In this document: piece by piece, positions 36,801-50,779 of the stretch | Layout of the letters: each line of letters opens with the position of its first letter | How positions within the stretch are numbered: position 1 is the stretch's first letter | Source of the DNA: Epiperipatus broadwayi | Taxonomy: Eukaryota > Animalia > Onychophora | Assembly (NCBI GenBank): GCA_028023455.1 | Contig: JAQFVV010000008.1 | Coordinates: 496,001 to 560,000 of the forward strand | DNA: 64,000 bases | Direction: 5' to 3' | The notes under the pieces: model-generated | Told to the model about the DNA's origin: nothing | The model's database searches: none | The model's input: only the letters and a program-made list of their open reading frames with translations | Program-made: the position numbers and the translations under genes

Positions 36801-39800
36801 AATGTATGTTTGCAATTCTATTGTGTATTGGAGATCAGTTATGTCAAACTTTAAGCTAAGGTAAAATATACCAAGTCGAAATTAATAGTTTCTCCTATGT
36901 TTTATCCCTTAAATCAATCTCATATTTTCTATAATAGAAGACATCTAGAATAAATAGTTATAAAGTTATCCTTATCTTTCCCAAGAGATACTCATATGAA
37001 TTAATGAAAAATATATAGTCTGTTGAATCGCACTCATGACATTGCTAACCACAAATATTGTTTGAGATTGACTCCTAACAATATTGTGTTAAAGTTTTAG
37101 CCCTAATATAAGTCTAAAAGACATGTCATGCTATAATCACCTGTGATGGGCATGTTTCATTAAAGATATATTTTAAAAATAATAAGTTGGGTAAATACTT
37201 TATTCATTTATGAGAGGGTTAAGTATACCTATAAGAAGAGATTATTATTATTATTAATGCACTTAAGGATATAATAAAACATTTTATCTTTAGTTAATGT
37301 TTAGGGTTTTTTTTTTTTTTTTTGGGGGGGGGGGGGGGGCTAAACACTATCACAATCTCCAATGGAGTATCCTGTTGGCACATCATGTTTTGATAAAACA
37401 CGAGCATTTATGACTCAAATAGATATTTATAATCCAAGTAGAAAGTATTTATTAAGTATAACAGTGTAATAGGATTTACAATCTCTTCAGAGAACTTACT
37501 GTTATTATGATTACATTTGTCTAAATATTTTTTTTTATTACAATAGTTTTGGAATTAATGAATTGTTATAAAAAATATTTTTATTATATAGCTGTTTATT
37601 GTGTGTGATCAGGTGGGTCAGCAATATGAAATGGCATGGAGAGTTGATGGTCATGTGAAAGTCTCAGTTTGAATCCCTTATATATAGCTGTTTATTGTTA
37701 ATTGAAAGATTATCATCTACACATCTTATTAATAAATATGACCCTTTATTTTTAAGAAGCAATATTTTTTTTATTCAATTTATTTGCACCATTTTCATTT
37801 TGATATTGAATTTGTTAAGATATGAACAGATACAATAAAATCCCTTTGCTATTTAGCCATATCAAAAATAGATCATTTTAAAATCATTGAGAATAATAAT
37901 TGCAAGAATATTAATTATTATATTTGATTAAGAACCCTGAAACAAATGCAATTAAACAAATACAACTTGAGAATTAAGAACTAATCTGCTAACCTTATTA
38001 AATATAACGTATGGAGTTTTGTTAAAGAGTTATTCATCTATTATATACACATTTACATACTTAGTGTGTGTATGAGGATACCCTAAGATAATATTAAAAT
38101 TATAAGGATACTCTGATTTCCTACTGATTAGAATACATTCAGAGTTACACATAGCTATTCAATCAGATATTTGCTTATTAGTGGTATGGATAAAATAAAT
38201 TGCTCTTTATAGAGATATTAAGCTTTATATGTATTTTTTATTAAAACATTCTTCTCTTATATCTTATTAAGACTTTGTGTGTGGACCTAATTCTAGTTTG
38301 AACCCTTGCTCAGCCTCTATTCTCGGTCTTGAATCATTGTTTGAATGATTATGTTATATATGATTCATTTATTAGATAGAGTCAAGGGGAAAATCTATCC
38401 ATCACTTCTCTTTGGTAACTTGATGAGTAATGGTTTACACTTTGTTGTTATGTTTATGTTTTAAAATAATTGTTTTGCTTTTTATTTATATTTATTAGAA
38501 AGCGTGCGCTCTCTTTCCCACACAAATCTTGTTGTAGACCGACACTTTTAGAAAGTAAACACGTGTAGTCAATTAAATTAATGAATGAAATTTTTTGCAA
38601 CAAGCTTGAATCATTCTAGTAAATTTCCATAGGAAATATATTTTAATCTGAAACTTTATTAAGGAAATATATTTTAATCTTGGTTTTATGTTAAGCGCAA
38701 AGAGTCATTCCTCAAATTTCTTTGTTAATGTTATATTTTTTTAATGTTAATATTATTTAAAGATTATTTATAATGAAGGAAGATTTTGTGATTCGAAAGT
38801 GTTAATTGTTGATCATCATTTCTGGTAACTTGCCTTGTCTGGTTTAGAGCAGTGGTGGAGTGTAGACAATGGAGCTCAGGATCTTTGCATTGCAGCTTCA
38901 GTTCTGTTACTTTCAGTGCTTGTAATTTAGGTGAATTCTCAAGCAAAAAACTATTTGATTATTTATTGATAATGCTTTAACAAGGTAGCTCAGGAGAAGT
39001 GTAGTTTGTTGTTGAGCAATAGTTGAATAATACTCAACCAAAAAATAGAGAAAAAAAAATCCATCTAGGCACTGAAATGTACTGCTATTTTCTATCATTC
39101 TGATACTAAAACAACTAACTGATACTTCAAATAATTTACTATTTCTCACTACCTGTTTAATTATTATTATTTCCATTGTTATATCTTTCTAATTACATCT
39201 TCAACATACAAATAAAAGCTGTCATGGATAAAAACATATAAACAAATGAATTTTTACTTCACAATATAATTATTACAATACATTAGTCATAATGATTTTT
39301 ATATTATAAATATAATTATTGATTCTGAGATATATATTTTAAATGGTTTTGAAAGCAAGTAAATTGATTCCAATAAGGTTTCTGACAATGCACATGATCA
39401 GCAGTACAAAAAAATTTGCTCATTATCAGAAGTAGTTAGTCATTGTTTGATTACATTCTTCAATGATTATTAATAATATAGTGAAGTCTACTATAATCAA
39501 TTATCAAAGGTCAATTGGTAAATCACTTATTTGTTTTCACTTGAAATATGTATATTTAGAGATGATTTATTCCAGGCTGACAAGCTAGAACAGAAGTATC
39601 ATCTAAGACAACCAATAAAAAAACAATATAAATGTTTAAAATTAATGTATTTGAGTTGTATAAATTGTGCTAGACATGCATACATAAAAGTTTCATTTTT
39701 ATGAAAACTAAAATTAAACTTTTAAAAGCATAAAAAAAAAAGTTAATTAAAAGGTTACTTAGGGGCAGAAGTTGAGACAACACTGTTCTTAATAATTTTG

Positions 39801-40934
39801 TGTGATTGTTCATCAGTTGGAGGAAATTTATTAACCATTTTGAAAAATGAATCTAGGGTTGACTGCTTTAAGCTGGATCTGTAAATTCTCTAAAAGTAGC
39901 ACCTCAGCATAATAAAAAGATTAAAAACATTTTGTAGAATCAAAATCTGAATGATAGACTTTCATTAAATTGGACAATATTCTAAGAGAACACTTCCTTA
40001 AAATTTTCAGGTTAAGAATGTTATGGTGTTTTCCTCATTTAGATAAGCTATCCATTGTTTCAGTGTCTCTGCCTTATTATTGCAGAGCTCCACCATCTCC
40101 TAAATTGTTTTTCAGTGTTCTTGCACTAACTTTTCTATATCTTTATCTATGTCCAAAACTCATTTTTATTCATAGAAAGCTTTTACTTTGTTGAAAACTA
40201 TTTGATGCTGCAATATCTGGCAGAAAACTATAAGCAGTCATAATTCCTAGAGCAGCTTAGATTGAAGTTCTTTGGAGTTACTCTTCTAGAAGAAATGACT
40301 TCAAAGATTTTCTTTTAATATACAGTTTTTAAATGTAATGATTACCTACTAGTTCATAAGCTAAAGTAGACGTGTTATTTTCAGTGACAAAAAGTGAATC
40401 TTGATTAAACTGAAGTTATTTGGTAGCTCTTTTATTATAAAGCTTTCAATAGAAAATTCTTTTTCCTAACGTACTCATAGACAATAACTGTTAGTGACTG
40501 AAGCTTTACTCTTAGAACTCTAAAAACTACAAAGCAGCTTTTCTTGAGCTTTTTAAAAGATTTTGAGTTTGCTTTGATTTTGCACTCCTTTGATACAAGA
40601 GTAGTGTAAAATAGTTTTTCATTCGCTTATAGTCAGATATTTCTTTCATAATGTATTGTAATGGGGATTAGGTTCAAACCCCTTTCACAATAGTGATGAT
40701 AATTTAAGGCAAGAAAGATCTTGCCAATAAAACAATGTGTCTGTGGATGTATATACACATAGAATATAATTTTATTTATATATTATTCAAATAATTTATT
40801 AAAGAGTGAGAGCTATTTTTGGTAGGAATAAAATATGTGAAGAATGTTAATAGTCATATGCCTTGAACTAAAACAAGAATTTCATTAATCGTAGTAAGAT
40901 TATTTTACTTATAAAAGATTAAAGTCAGATGTTA

Positions 40935-41556
40935 CATGACCTAATTTAATAAGCTTGTGTTTATTTGTAGAATACCCCCAAATTCAGACCGGTATCTGTT
41001 ACTGGCATCCTCAGTGAGGTGTTAGAATATTCAATCATTAAATTAAAAATACCAGGACAAGCCCAGCACTTTATCTAATGTATAACTATTAAGTATTTTT
41101 AATCTAATGATTGAATATCCTAGCATCTTACAGGATGGCAGTAGCTTGGGGGTATTCTACAAAGTTTGTTTTGTGAGCTCTATATATAATATTTGTAAAC
41201 ACAAGCTTATTAAATTAGGTCATGATTTTTTTTGTAATTTTATTTTTTGCTATGATGGTTTTGGCGATTTTATATTGCTAAAGTTATTAATATATGGTGT
41301 ATCTGAACTTAGTTCAGTCTCATATGGCTATTTAAGATCGATAGCTGGATTGGAAGACATATGAATGTCTGAAAATTTCAGAGTTTCTACTTAATAGTTA
41401 TACATTAGATAAAGTGCTGGGTTTGTCCTGGTATTTTTAATCTAATGATTGAATATCCTAGCACCTCACTGAGGATGCCAGTAGCAGAAACCGATCTGAG
41501 ATTGGGGATATTCTACAAAGCTTGTTAAGAGTTTGTTTTGCGAGCTCTCTATATAA
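40935..41556 (+). mobile_element. Hammerhead-bearing fold-back insert, family B
   Basis: An inverted copy at 40935-41090, a partially deleted direct copy at 41094-41224, and a fuller direct copy to about 41556. No ORF. Confidence 0.8.
41465..41500 (+). ncRNA. Minimal type-I hammerhead ribozyme motif (family B)
   Basis: CTCA-CTGAGGA-TGC-CAGTA-GCA-GAAA-CCGA-TC-TGAG. The inverted copy (40983-41018) retains the palindrome ACCGGT plus C, so the consensus is a canonical core. Confidence 0.78.
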
Positions 41557-41596
41557 GATTATTTATATAAGAAAATATTTTTTTTCATATGTCAAA

Positions 41597-41668
41597 TGTG
41601 TTGACTGGGAAGTGAACCCGGGCCAGCTGTTTGGAAGGCAGCTATGGTAACCACTAGGCCACCAATGC
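41597..41668 (-). pseudogene. tRNA-Gly(TCC) pseudogene or SINE head
   Basis: GCATTGGTGGCCTAGTGGTTACCATAGCTGCCTTCCAAACAGCTGGCCCGGGTTCACTTCCCAGTCAACACA matches the metazoan Gly-TCC pattern. The acceptor stem has mismatches and the B-box is altered (GTTCACT). Confidence 0.8.
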
Positions 41669-44600
41669 TTGTTAACTAAATCCGGTAATAATTTATTTAA
41701 AATGTTATCGTTTCATCTTATAACCATTTAAGAATTCTATTTTTGTTTCCTCAAGGCAGAAGAAATTTTATCTTGGTCAGAATTCGTGTAATAGGTTTTC
41801 AATTGACATTAACTTCATATAAATATGTGATTGCACATCAATCTCTATATATTAGATACTAAATACAAACATATGTTTGTATAACACAAAAAAAAAAATG
41901 TAGAACGTTTATTCTTTTTGAAATATAAGAGAGTTCAAGATATATTTCCTTTTTATACTTCATATAAAAATATAGTTAATCGAAATATAAATACATGAAA
42001 ATTAATCTATTTATTTGTTAATAGAAATTTAAGATAAAATAAAATACTTATTACTATGTACAGTAATCCTTTTTGAATTCCTGATACAAATGATATATCT
42101 GAAGTTAATTTACAATCAATAAATTTTTAAAAAATGAATATTTTAAATTAAAACAAAATTACTATGCTGTAAAATATGAATTCAAACTTAGAAAAACGTA
42201 ACTCTTATATTTAGATATATAAATAGATCACTACTTAACCTAAAATTATAAAACTATTTATATCAATAAATAGTACATATATTAAGTGAAAAGAAAAAAA
42301 AAATATAGTAATAATGATAAATATATGCAAACGAGCTGAGTAATAGTCTTTAAATACGCCTTTCTAAAATCGTCCCAGTGTTTGTTTTGAATTGCGATCC
42401 GATGATGTTTTGTTATTTCAGTGAAATAAATATCACGAAAAGCTATAGAATTCAAAGCACATTTTGTTAATTCCAATATTTTCCAAATATCCAAATCATC
42501 TCTTCATTTAGCAGATATTTGATCTAAATAATGTTATAAGTGTGCAAACACTAATTTATATCCACAACGATGCAATATACATTTCCTTTCATTTAGCAAA
42601 TAATAACATTACAAGTAAACAGATGCTAGTTTCATCCATAATGATGCTATGGAAATTGAATCAATGTTTATCTGGAATATAAACTATTCATCAAGCTTAT
42701 AAAATTATATTAGTAAGTGATTATAATCTTCGTGTACATTTTTCTGTTAACATTTAACTAGATAATATTTGTTTTTTAAAGCAAAGAAACATTCTGATGT
42801 TTTTAAAATGCTAAGAATTAATTTTCATATTTCAATAAATTGTCTTCTCACAAATTCAACAATCCTGTTCAGTCAACAGATGAACATTGTTGTTTTCAGC
42901 CAATCATTCTATCTATTTTACAATCATATATTTTAAAAAATAATAATAATAATTCATAAGAACTTAGATTCACTTCTGTTGAAGCCAAAGTATCAAGAGA
43001 GAGTTTTTTTTCTATTCAGTTCTATTTATAACATCACACTGACATCAGATTATAGCAATATCTTTTTTTAACTATTTAGCAATTCCAAACAGCATCTCTC
43101 AAATAAAAATTTTATACAAAAATAAATAAAATATTTTAGAATTATTACATATGATTAACATTGATGCTTCATGATACAAACACCATTCTAACATAGACTA
43201 AATAATTAAGACCATATTTTTATACTACAATGGAAATAAAGTTTTTACACATACCTTTCAAATATACTAGAGACATTAAACATTTAGTTTTGTTTGTAAT
43301 TTATTATCATGAATGCAATAACAAAAATACATATAAAAGAACAATTTTATCCAAACTATATGCTTTATTATTTATATATGTAGTTTCAAATGAATAAAGT
43401 CAATTCACAATCTTATACAATAAATAATAAACAATTTTTATATCAGTATTACTGTTCTCATGGCAACACAGTTTAATGCTTTATGTTAAAGTATCCACCA
43501 TCAAAATCAAACAAAAAAAAATAAATTTCTGACTGATATTTTAGCACATACTGTAACTCATTTCAAATTTCAGGAGTTAGAGTATATATATATATGTGAA
43601 TCATATAAGGTGAAATATTGTAAATAAATTTTGTTTTATTATATTTATATTGTGTCTTTTTTCACTCTCATTTCAAACCTAATTAAATATAGCTATATAT
43701 ATATACACAATACCTTGTGACATTGCCATGTTTTCTTTTGAGCTAATAATAGGTAAATGGGGGATTAACATAACCTAGCCTATAGATGTTTCTAATTTTA
43801 GAGATGGTGCTATAATCTGCAGTATAGCAGATATTTTTTAAAAATAAATATCTATAGTGGCAAGGAATAGACCTTCACTGTACTTTAAAATGTTTGATAG
43901 AAATGATGGTCAGGAAATATGGCTAGATATTCAGTTTGACTATTATTAGTTAGGATATTAAGTTTTTTTTTTAAAAAAAAATCCATTGTTATTCCTGACA
44001 CCCACTAATTCCAGAATTTAACTCCTTTTAGATTCTGATAAAGAATTATATATATTTGAAAAGAGGAGCAAAAACTGTAGACCTGTTTCAGTATTAAGGA
44101 ATAAAAAGTATTTGTTAGATGCATATATAAATGCATTAGTTTTAGCTTTGATTCTTAATTTTCACTGATATAAGCAAAAATCAAAAATAATGGAGATAAG
44201 GATTTTATAGCACCATATGATCTGGGTTAATCATTACTCAAGATCATAGTAATTGACTTTAGAGTGAAATAAAGAATAAGCATATGAGAAAATAGTGTGC
44301 TGTCAGTATGTCTATTGGTTTTTTTTATATAACAATATTGATATTATAAACTTTTTTTTTTAATTCCAATTTGAAAAAAAAATGCTCATGTTTTTTTTTT
44401 TTTTTGGCATAGTTTAATTATTTCAATATTATTCTAGACTTTTTTGCCTTTAAATTTTATTCTTGGTTCAAACAATCAAAATATGTTATCAGGCAGCTTT
44501 TTTCTTTTTTTCAGTTTTAGTACAATTTTTATCACTGAAGCAGCAATGTTCACAATGAACAAACATTTCAGAAGAAATAAATATGTCTTTTTATTGTTTG

Positions 44601-45559
44601 AGCTTTGTATTTTAAACATTAATTATTGGTGGCTTGTGAGGATGTTCATAAACACCCTTTAAATGTGAGAATACACTAACCAAAGCAAATGCTTGAAAAT
44701 TGTAGATCATGTTCTTATAATTTATCATTTTGATATCAATTAATTGATAAGAGGGAAGCAAACTATTGCAGATTGCATGCATATAATTATTTTAACTCGT
44801 GCACCAAAAAAAAAAAAAAGATTAATATTATATTTAAAGTTACATTCTCTTAAGACTCATGATTTAAATAAATGTTCAATTACTAAGGAGATTGAAAAAA
44901 GTTAAAAAAATACCATAATATAAAAAAATTATCAAGCCATCTATTACTCAAGAATTCATTAAGAAGGTTAAGCCCAGGAGCTGCAAAGTGTTTGTTATTT
45001 GCTGTAGTTAGATATAATAAACACAATATATATATATATGAGCAGCATATAAAAGAACCAATGCAAAAATTAGCTGGTTTTCAATTAGTTGGAAAATTTT
45101 GTTATATATATATGCCACCAATTTCATTTAAGGATTACATATTTCTGGAGCTTTATTTAATATTTTCCCTACTATTTATTAATAATAAATTAACCATAAA
45201 TGAAAATTAATTACAAATGATAAGCTTAAAATTTGAAATTGATTAAGAAAAGTAGAACTTGCAATTCAGATAAATTTGACATAATTAAAAATAAAAACAG
45301 CAATAGTAATAAAAAACAAAACATGGCCTTTATGTAAAATTTGTAGACCAGTTCCCATGGCAATTATCTAAAAAGCAATTAGAAGATTACTGAAATATGA
45401 TCATAACAAATTTGTTTCAAACTTTTAATGCAGTATGTATTATAGAAGTATCAAGTTATATAAATTTAATTAATTCAATTTACAATTACATTTATGAAAT
45501 TTTGTAAAATGTACTTAATACATATATATACAGTAAAAAAATTTGAATCAAAGTGTGTG

Positions 45560-45790
45560 CATAGACGGTATGGTTATGCTAGAAGAATAAAAAGAACAAA
45601 ATAAGAAAGATGATAATTGTTTGGGAAGTGAAGGAAAAGAAGAGTAAGAAAATGATGGAAAGAAGATGTGATGAGCAATATGGAAAGAAATGATTTATCA
45701 AAGACAAATGTTATAAATAAAAATATATAAAAGAGGAAACTATTGATTATGGATGTTGTCAGCAGTGAAGAATCCTGAAGATATATATGG
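45560..45790 (+). mobile_element. RTE-like LINE 3' fragment
   Basis: GK*RKRRVRK*WKEDVMSNMERNDLSKTNVINKNI*KRKL resembles the RTE C-terminal GKRxRGRPxxxW...DRxxWR pattern. Confidence 0.45.
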
Positions 45791-47789
45791 ATACATATTG
45801 ATATATATATATAATCAATTGTATAATTTATTAAAGAACCATAACTTATAAGAATCATGTTTTACTTGTACATTTATATAAATGCAAATATATACATATA
45901 GGCATATTTAAAAAAAAAGGTTTTGATCTAAGCATATGGAAACTTAATTTGTTAAATTAGCCATCATTATTAACTATAGCTTTTAATAACAGACTGTTGG
46001 TCTGTTCCTTTTTTTTTCATGCAATTTGTTAAATTTTTTACAATAATTATATCTTTAATATGTCACAAAATAAAAACTTGTTCAATAATTTTCCAGAAAT
46101 TATTGTTGCTATATAAGATTTTTAATTCACAAAGAGTCAATTTTTATTGCTGTTTATCTATTGATTGCTAAGCCAAAATTTTTCTGATCTATCAGTTTTT
46201 ATTTTTTGAAATCGTACTTCTTCAGTATGTTAAAACAGTAAAATGTATTTATTAGATATGTAATCTTTTTTAAATTGAAAGATATACTTTGCTTAATTAT
46301 AGTATTAAGATGAAACGGATTATGAAATAATCGTCACAGATGTAAAGATTATGCGAGAGATGATATTTTCAGTTTTTGTTGATTTGTTGAAAGAGAGGGT
46401 TAAAGGAATTAATAATATATAGCTGGCATGTTTTCATTTATTAAGTATGATTGAAGTAAAGAAAAGGTTTAATATAAACCATTGTCAAGAATTATATAAA
46501 CTATACTAATGGGTTTTTTTTTTTTTAATTTAGTAAAAAGTAAGTTTAAATGTATAATAGCATTTAAAAATGGTAAGACAACATGAAATGCAACATATAC
46601 GAAAAATCTATATATAGCTGAGTAATGAAAGAGAAATTAATATTAATTCAATGATTTTTTAAAATATTTTGATAGAGTGATTATTCTGGAGAATCATTTG
46701 TGGAGTGAAAAGAATAAATAAAAGCAAATTAGAAATAAAGCAGGAAGGTTGTCATATCTAAAGACTTTTTGTCTAAAGGAAAAACTGTTGCTTATAGCCA
46801 TGGTGTGCAATTTTTTTATATTCTTTTCTCAGATGAAAATTTGATGTCACTCATTATTTGTTTTTAACTATGCCTAAATTATAAGTATGAATAATTTTAA
46901 TTAATATACAAATTTATATTTTCCAATATTTTAGCATTAATTAAGCATATATGATTTGAAATGAAATTTTTGAAACAAATAATATACTATACTTTAAAAA
47001 TAAAATTATCATAGATACAAAATTTTGTATTTTTAAAAATTAAATTTGTTCAAAGAAAAAAAATTCAGCTTAAAAGAATTTCTTTAAAAAATGTGTGCCT
47101 CCCCCCAACAATTTTTATTTGATCACAGGTTGCAGACCATTGACTTAGAGGATTATCAATATACAAGTATTGAAAAGGGAAATGTTATTGAGGAAACTAT
47201 GAAAAAGAATTATATTGTTCAAATATTTCAAAATGAGGATTCTCAAGAATATATTAAAATGAAGACACTATAAGAAAAAAAAAGCAATATATAAAAAGTT
47301 TTTAAATGATCTTAAAAAATTGAATTGACTATAAATGTTTAAAGAAAATAGCAAAGAATATAAAAACTTGAAAAAGATTATCGTGTTTGGTAAGACTAGC
47401 CTTTTGGTAGATTGCTAACAATGGCAATGATTAAAAAAGAATATCTATTGCAGAAGAATTTAAATTGTTGCTGATTTTTAATATAGCTATAATCCAAAGT
47501 TTAAAATGTATATATTTATTATGCATTAAAAAAGTAGAGTTTGTGGTATATTTATTTGTGTAACAGAAAAATTCCCAAATAAACTCAGAATTTTTTTTAT
47601 GTAGCAACTCGTAATAGCATAGCATTTAATCTCTTGGATTTTTACAGTGACTGAAGCAAACTAGCTCATACAAATAGAATCCTAAAAGTGTGATTAATAA
47701 TAAACTCTGTTTGAATTCTAATTCATGAAAATAAAAGTGCTAAAATACAGATAGATACTCAAATCCTATGCTGAATATACAGTGACCCT

Positions 47790-48060
47790 ACTAAATTGGT
47801 TCCAGCAGTTGTGATTAAATTAAAAGGATTGTGAATGGTGGCTGTTCAAACAGCTGATGGACAGTAACATCACAGGCATAGAAACCAGCTAATGTTGAAC
47901 AATATATTATCAATAAACAGTGAATAATCATCAGCCAACAGTGAAGAATCATCAGACAGCAGTGATGAGTCTAGAAAGTTCAAAGTCACCACAACTACAG
48001 ATGAAGATACTGGACCTGCTGATATATTTACTGAACCTGATGAAGAAACTACCTAAACAT
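47790..48060 (+). pseudogene. Possible Gypsy integrase C-terminal fragment
   Basis: KLVPAVVIKLKGL*MVAVQTADGQ*HHRHRNQLM resembles the W.P..V...GP.SY.V....G...RRHxNQL tail of Mag-like Gypsy pol. Confidence 0.4.
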
Positions 48061-48229
48061 TTAAAAAAATTATATTCCCCAGGGCCAACTTTAGCCATAT
48101 GAAGAGAATGTTGTATCTCAACTTACCTTCAGCTAATAGAGCATTCTTCACCACAGACCCATGGGTGATGCTGCTCAATGAATCTGATTATTTTCATTAT
48201 GGATGGGTATCTGGCTATAAATAGACAGT

Positions 48230-49350
48230 CCAGTTGGAGGTAAAATCTGACAACAATAAATTACTGTCACATTGACCACTATATTGCTACAGCAATGAGA
48301 TAAATTCACATTAGAACTGGAAGCTGCTAGATCATAATCAGACACAAGGCAAGCTTTCATGAATGGCTGGAAGTATCTCTGTCATTACACATAAGACAAG
48401 CTATCACAGTTCAGCTGGAAGATATTCAAAACACCTGAAGTTTTTTACAGTAAGAGTTGCATGACCACAAATGCTATACCAAGCCAACATATTACGCATA
48501 TGGTACAACAAACATTATTATATGCAATCTGTAAATGTATTGTATATATATACACACACAAATTGATTAAAACAGTCTTGTATAGGTTTATAAATATTGT
48601 GTATACTGTGTTTTCCAGCATATAGGTACACTTTTCTCTCTCAAAATACACTTAAAATACGGGGTGCATCTTATGTAGTGATAATCAAAATTACGAGTTG
48701 AAATTTCAGTCAATCTAAAACTTCTGGCTTATATTAATATATACATATATAAAGAGTGTGTTTATGCACATTCATCCTGAAGGCTGAATGAATAAAATAA
48801 ATGAAGTTGTGGATAGGCAATGTATGATCTAGGCATTCTCATGAACAGTTTAAAAAAACGTGCTAGTAGGAGATCAGTTTTGGAGTTATAGAACAGAAGC
48901 TGTAAAAAATAATATCAACCAACTGAAAACTCAATTTGATGTAATCCAGATAATCTAACGAGACAGCTTCAACCTTTAGATATCTGCATTAATAACCATT
49001 TAAAGGATTCATAAAATTGGATGCAGTCTACAGATTTTGAAGTGACATCATCAGGAATAAGAAAGAGGCCTAGCATTTTGAGGATTTGTTAATGGGTCAA
49101 AACTTCATGGAATGCTGTGAAACATGAGACAGTTGTAAAGCCATTTAAGAAATATGGAATTAGTAACTCACTTGATGTCATAGAGGATGATTTGTGTAGA
49201 CTCAGTTTCTGAAGAAGAGGCTTCAACGGATTCTTCATTTAACTCTGAAGATGATTTTTTTGGATTTCGAGGGTAAAAATTAACTACAATGTACCCTTGT
49301 TAACATTTTTTGTAGACATAAATAACTATAAAAATAGTACATAAATACGG
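48230..49350 (+). mobile_element. Decayed pogo-family (POGK-like) DNA transposon
   Basis: CENP-B-type HTH trace (AFMNGWK), DDE motif LQPLDICIN, and C-terminal TSSGIRKRPS..WVKTSW..VVKPFKKYGISNSLD. Ends AAATACGG followed by TA at 49350. Confidence 0.75.
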
Positions 49351-50779
49351 TATACGTGAAATAAATACTTAATCGTATTTATACGAATCTATGTTTATTA
49401 TAATCCCACACAAACACTAATTGCTACTAATTGGATTAAAAAGTAGGATAAAAGTCTTATCTTTTGCCAACTAACCTGATGGATACAATATTCATGATAT
49501 TTGTGGGATGATGCTTGAAAGATTTCCGCCCAGTCTATAACTATAAATACATATAAGAAAACATTTAAATTAGCTATCTATTGAAAATCGTGTGGCCAAT
49601 ATCATGAAAGATACTTAATATCTTTCTTGATTTTAATTCAAGAAAATAATAATATATCCGTAATGTGAAAATTGTTTTTTTCTTATTTCTAAGAGAAATT
49701 TTAAATATTTTTTTAAAAAATAAACTTGATCCTTTTCATAATAAACTATAAGCACTTCTTTTGTTTGCCGCTATATATTTCTTCTGTATTTTTTTATAAA
49801 CATTTTTTTAAACAAATGTATCTCTCGAAATTGTAATGTAATCATTTCTACATTCTTTTATAAACTTTAAAGAACTTAAGAAAATCTTTTAATATATATA
49901 ATTGCGTTTAATTTATAAATAGCAACCGCAAAAATCTAACTTTTAATATTTATTTAAAAGAGAAATATTTATAAATTCTGTTTTAAGAAACGTGTTACAG
50001 GGAAAACTAATGAATAAAGTTGAGTATTTATAATTAAATATTGAGTATTCAGAATTAATATTCTATTTCCAAATCATATTTATCACTCTATGTCAAAGTG
50101 GCCCTTTTCAATCTCCTAATAATGACGCGGGTTACATATTATACAACGATAATAATATACACAAAAGCTTTTACATCTAAAATTTACTCAATATGTTGGA
50201 AATTATTGTGAGGGAAGAAAATGGTGTCGATATCCCTAATTAAGATTCTGCATCTTTATCTCAAAATGGATTGGGTTTACATTCTATAAAAACTTTCCAA
50301 ATTCAAAATTAATCTTATATCATGTGCAAGAATATTTCCATATTTAGAAATAGTTTTTAAAATTACAGCCACAGACAGGCCGCTACCCATATGCAATTTC
50401 TGGAATGTTAATTTCTTCTTCATTATGTATTCCCAATTTAATGTATTGCTTTCCCAAGAATAAAATGAAATGCTTTCCCATTCAATGATAAAATTAAATA
50501 TTGGGGTGTATATTAAATATGTGCTTTCCCATTCAATGATAATAATAAATCCCTTTTAAGCATAAGAAATAAGCAGTTGATTAAAAAAATTCAAATACTA
50601 GTCATTAGAACCAAAATACTATGATTTTTTCCTAAAACTAAATCCTGAAGCACATCCCGCTCTTTATTTCCACAGATATAAAAGAAATTGCACCTACATT
50701 AAAGACATACGCAAACTCTGTCAGAGAAAATCAAAAACAATCAGATTTTCTATTCATGTGCTGAAACAAACTAGAAGAG

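Noticed and set aside
37305-37339. Poly-T/poly-G run
   Set aside because: A simple homopolymer with no associated structure.
41597-41668. Functional tRNA-Gly gene
   Set aside because: Two acceptor-stem mismatches and a disrupted T-loop/B-box.
47080-47420. Possible gag and zinc-knuckle remnant upstream of the integrase-like tail
   Set aside because: It needs several assumed mutations to see a CCHC motif, which is too weak to call.
1997-47625. Most 60-100 aa ORFs in the track outside recognised TEs
   Set aside because: Their low-complexity F/I/K/L/N/Y composition is what AT-rich non-coding DNA produces by chance, and they carry no recognisable motifs.
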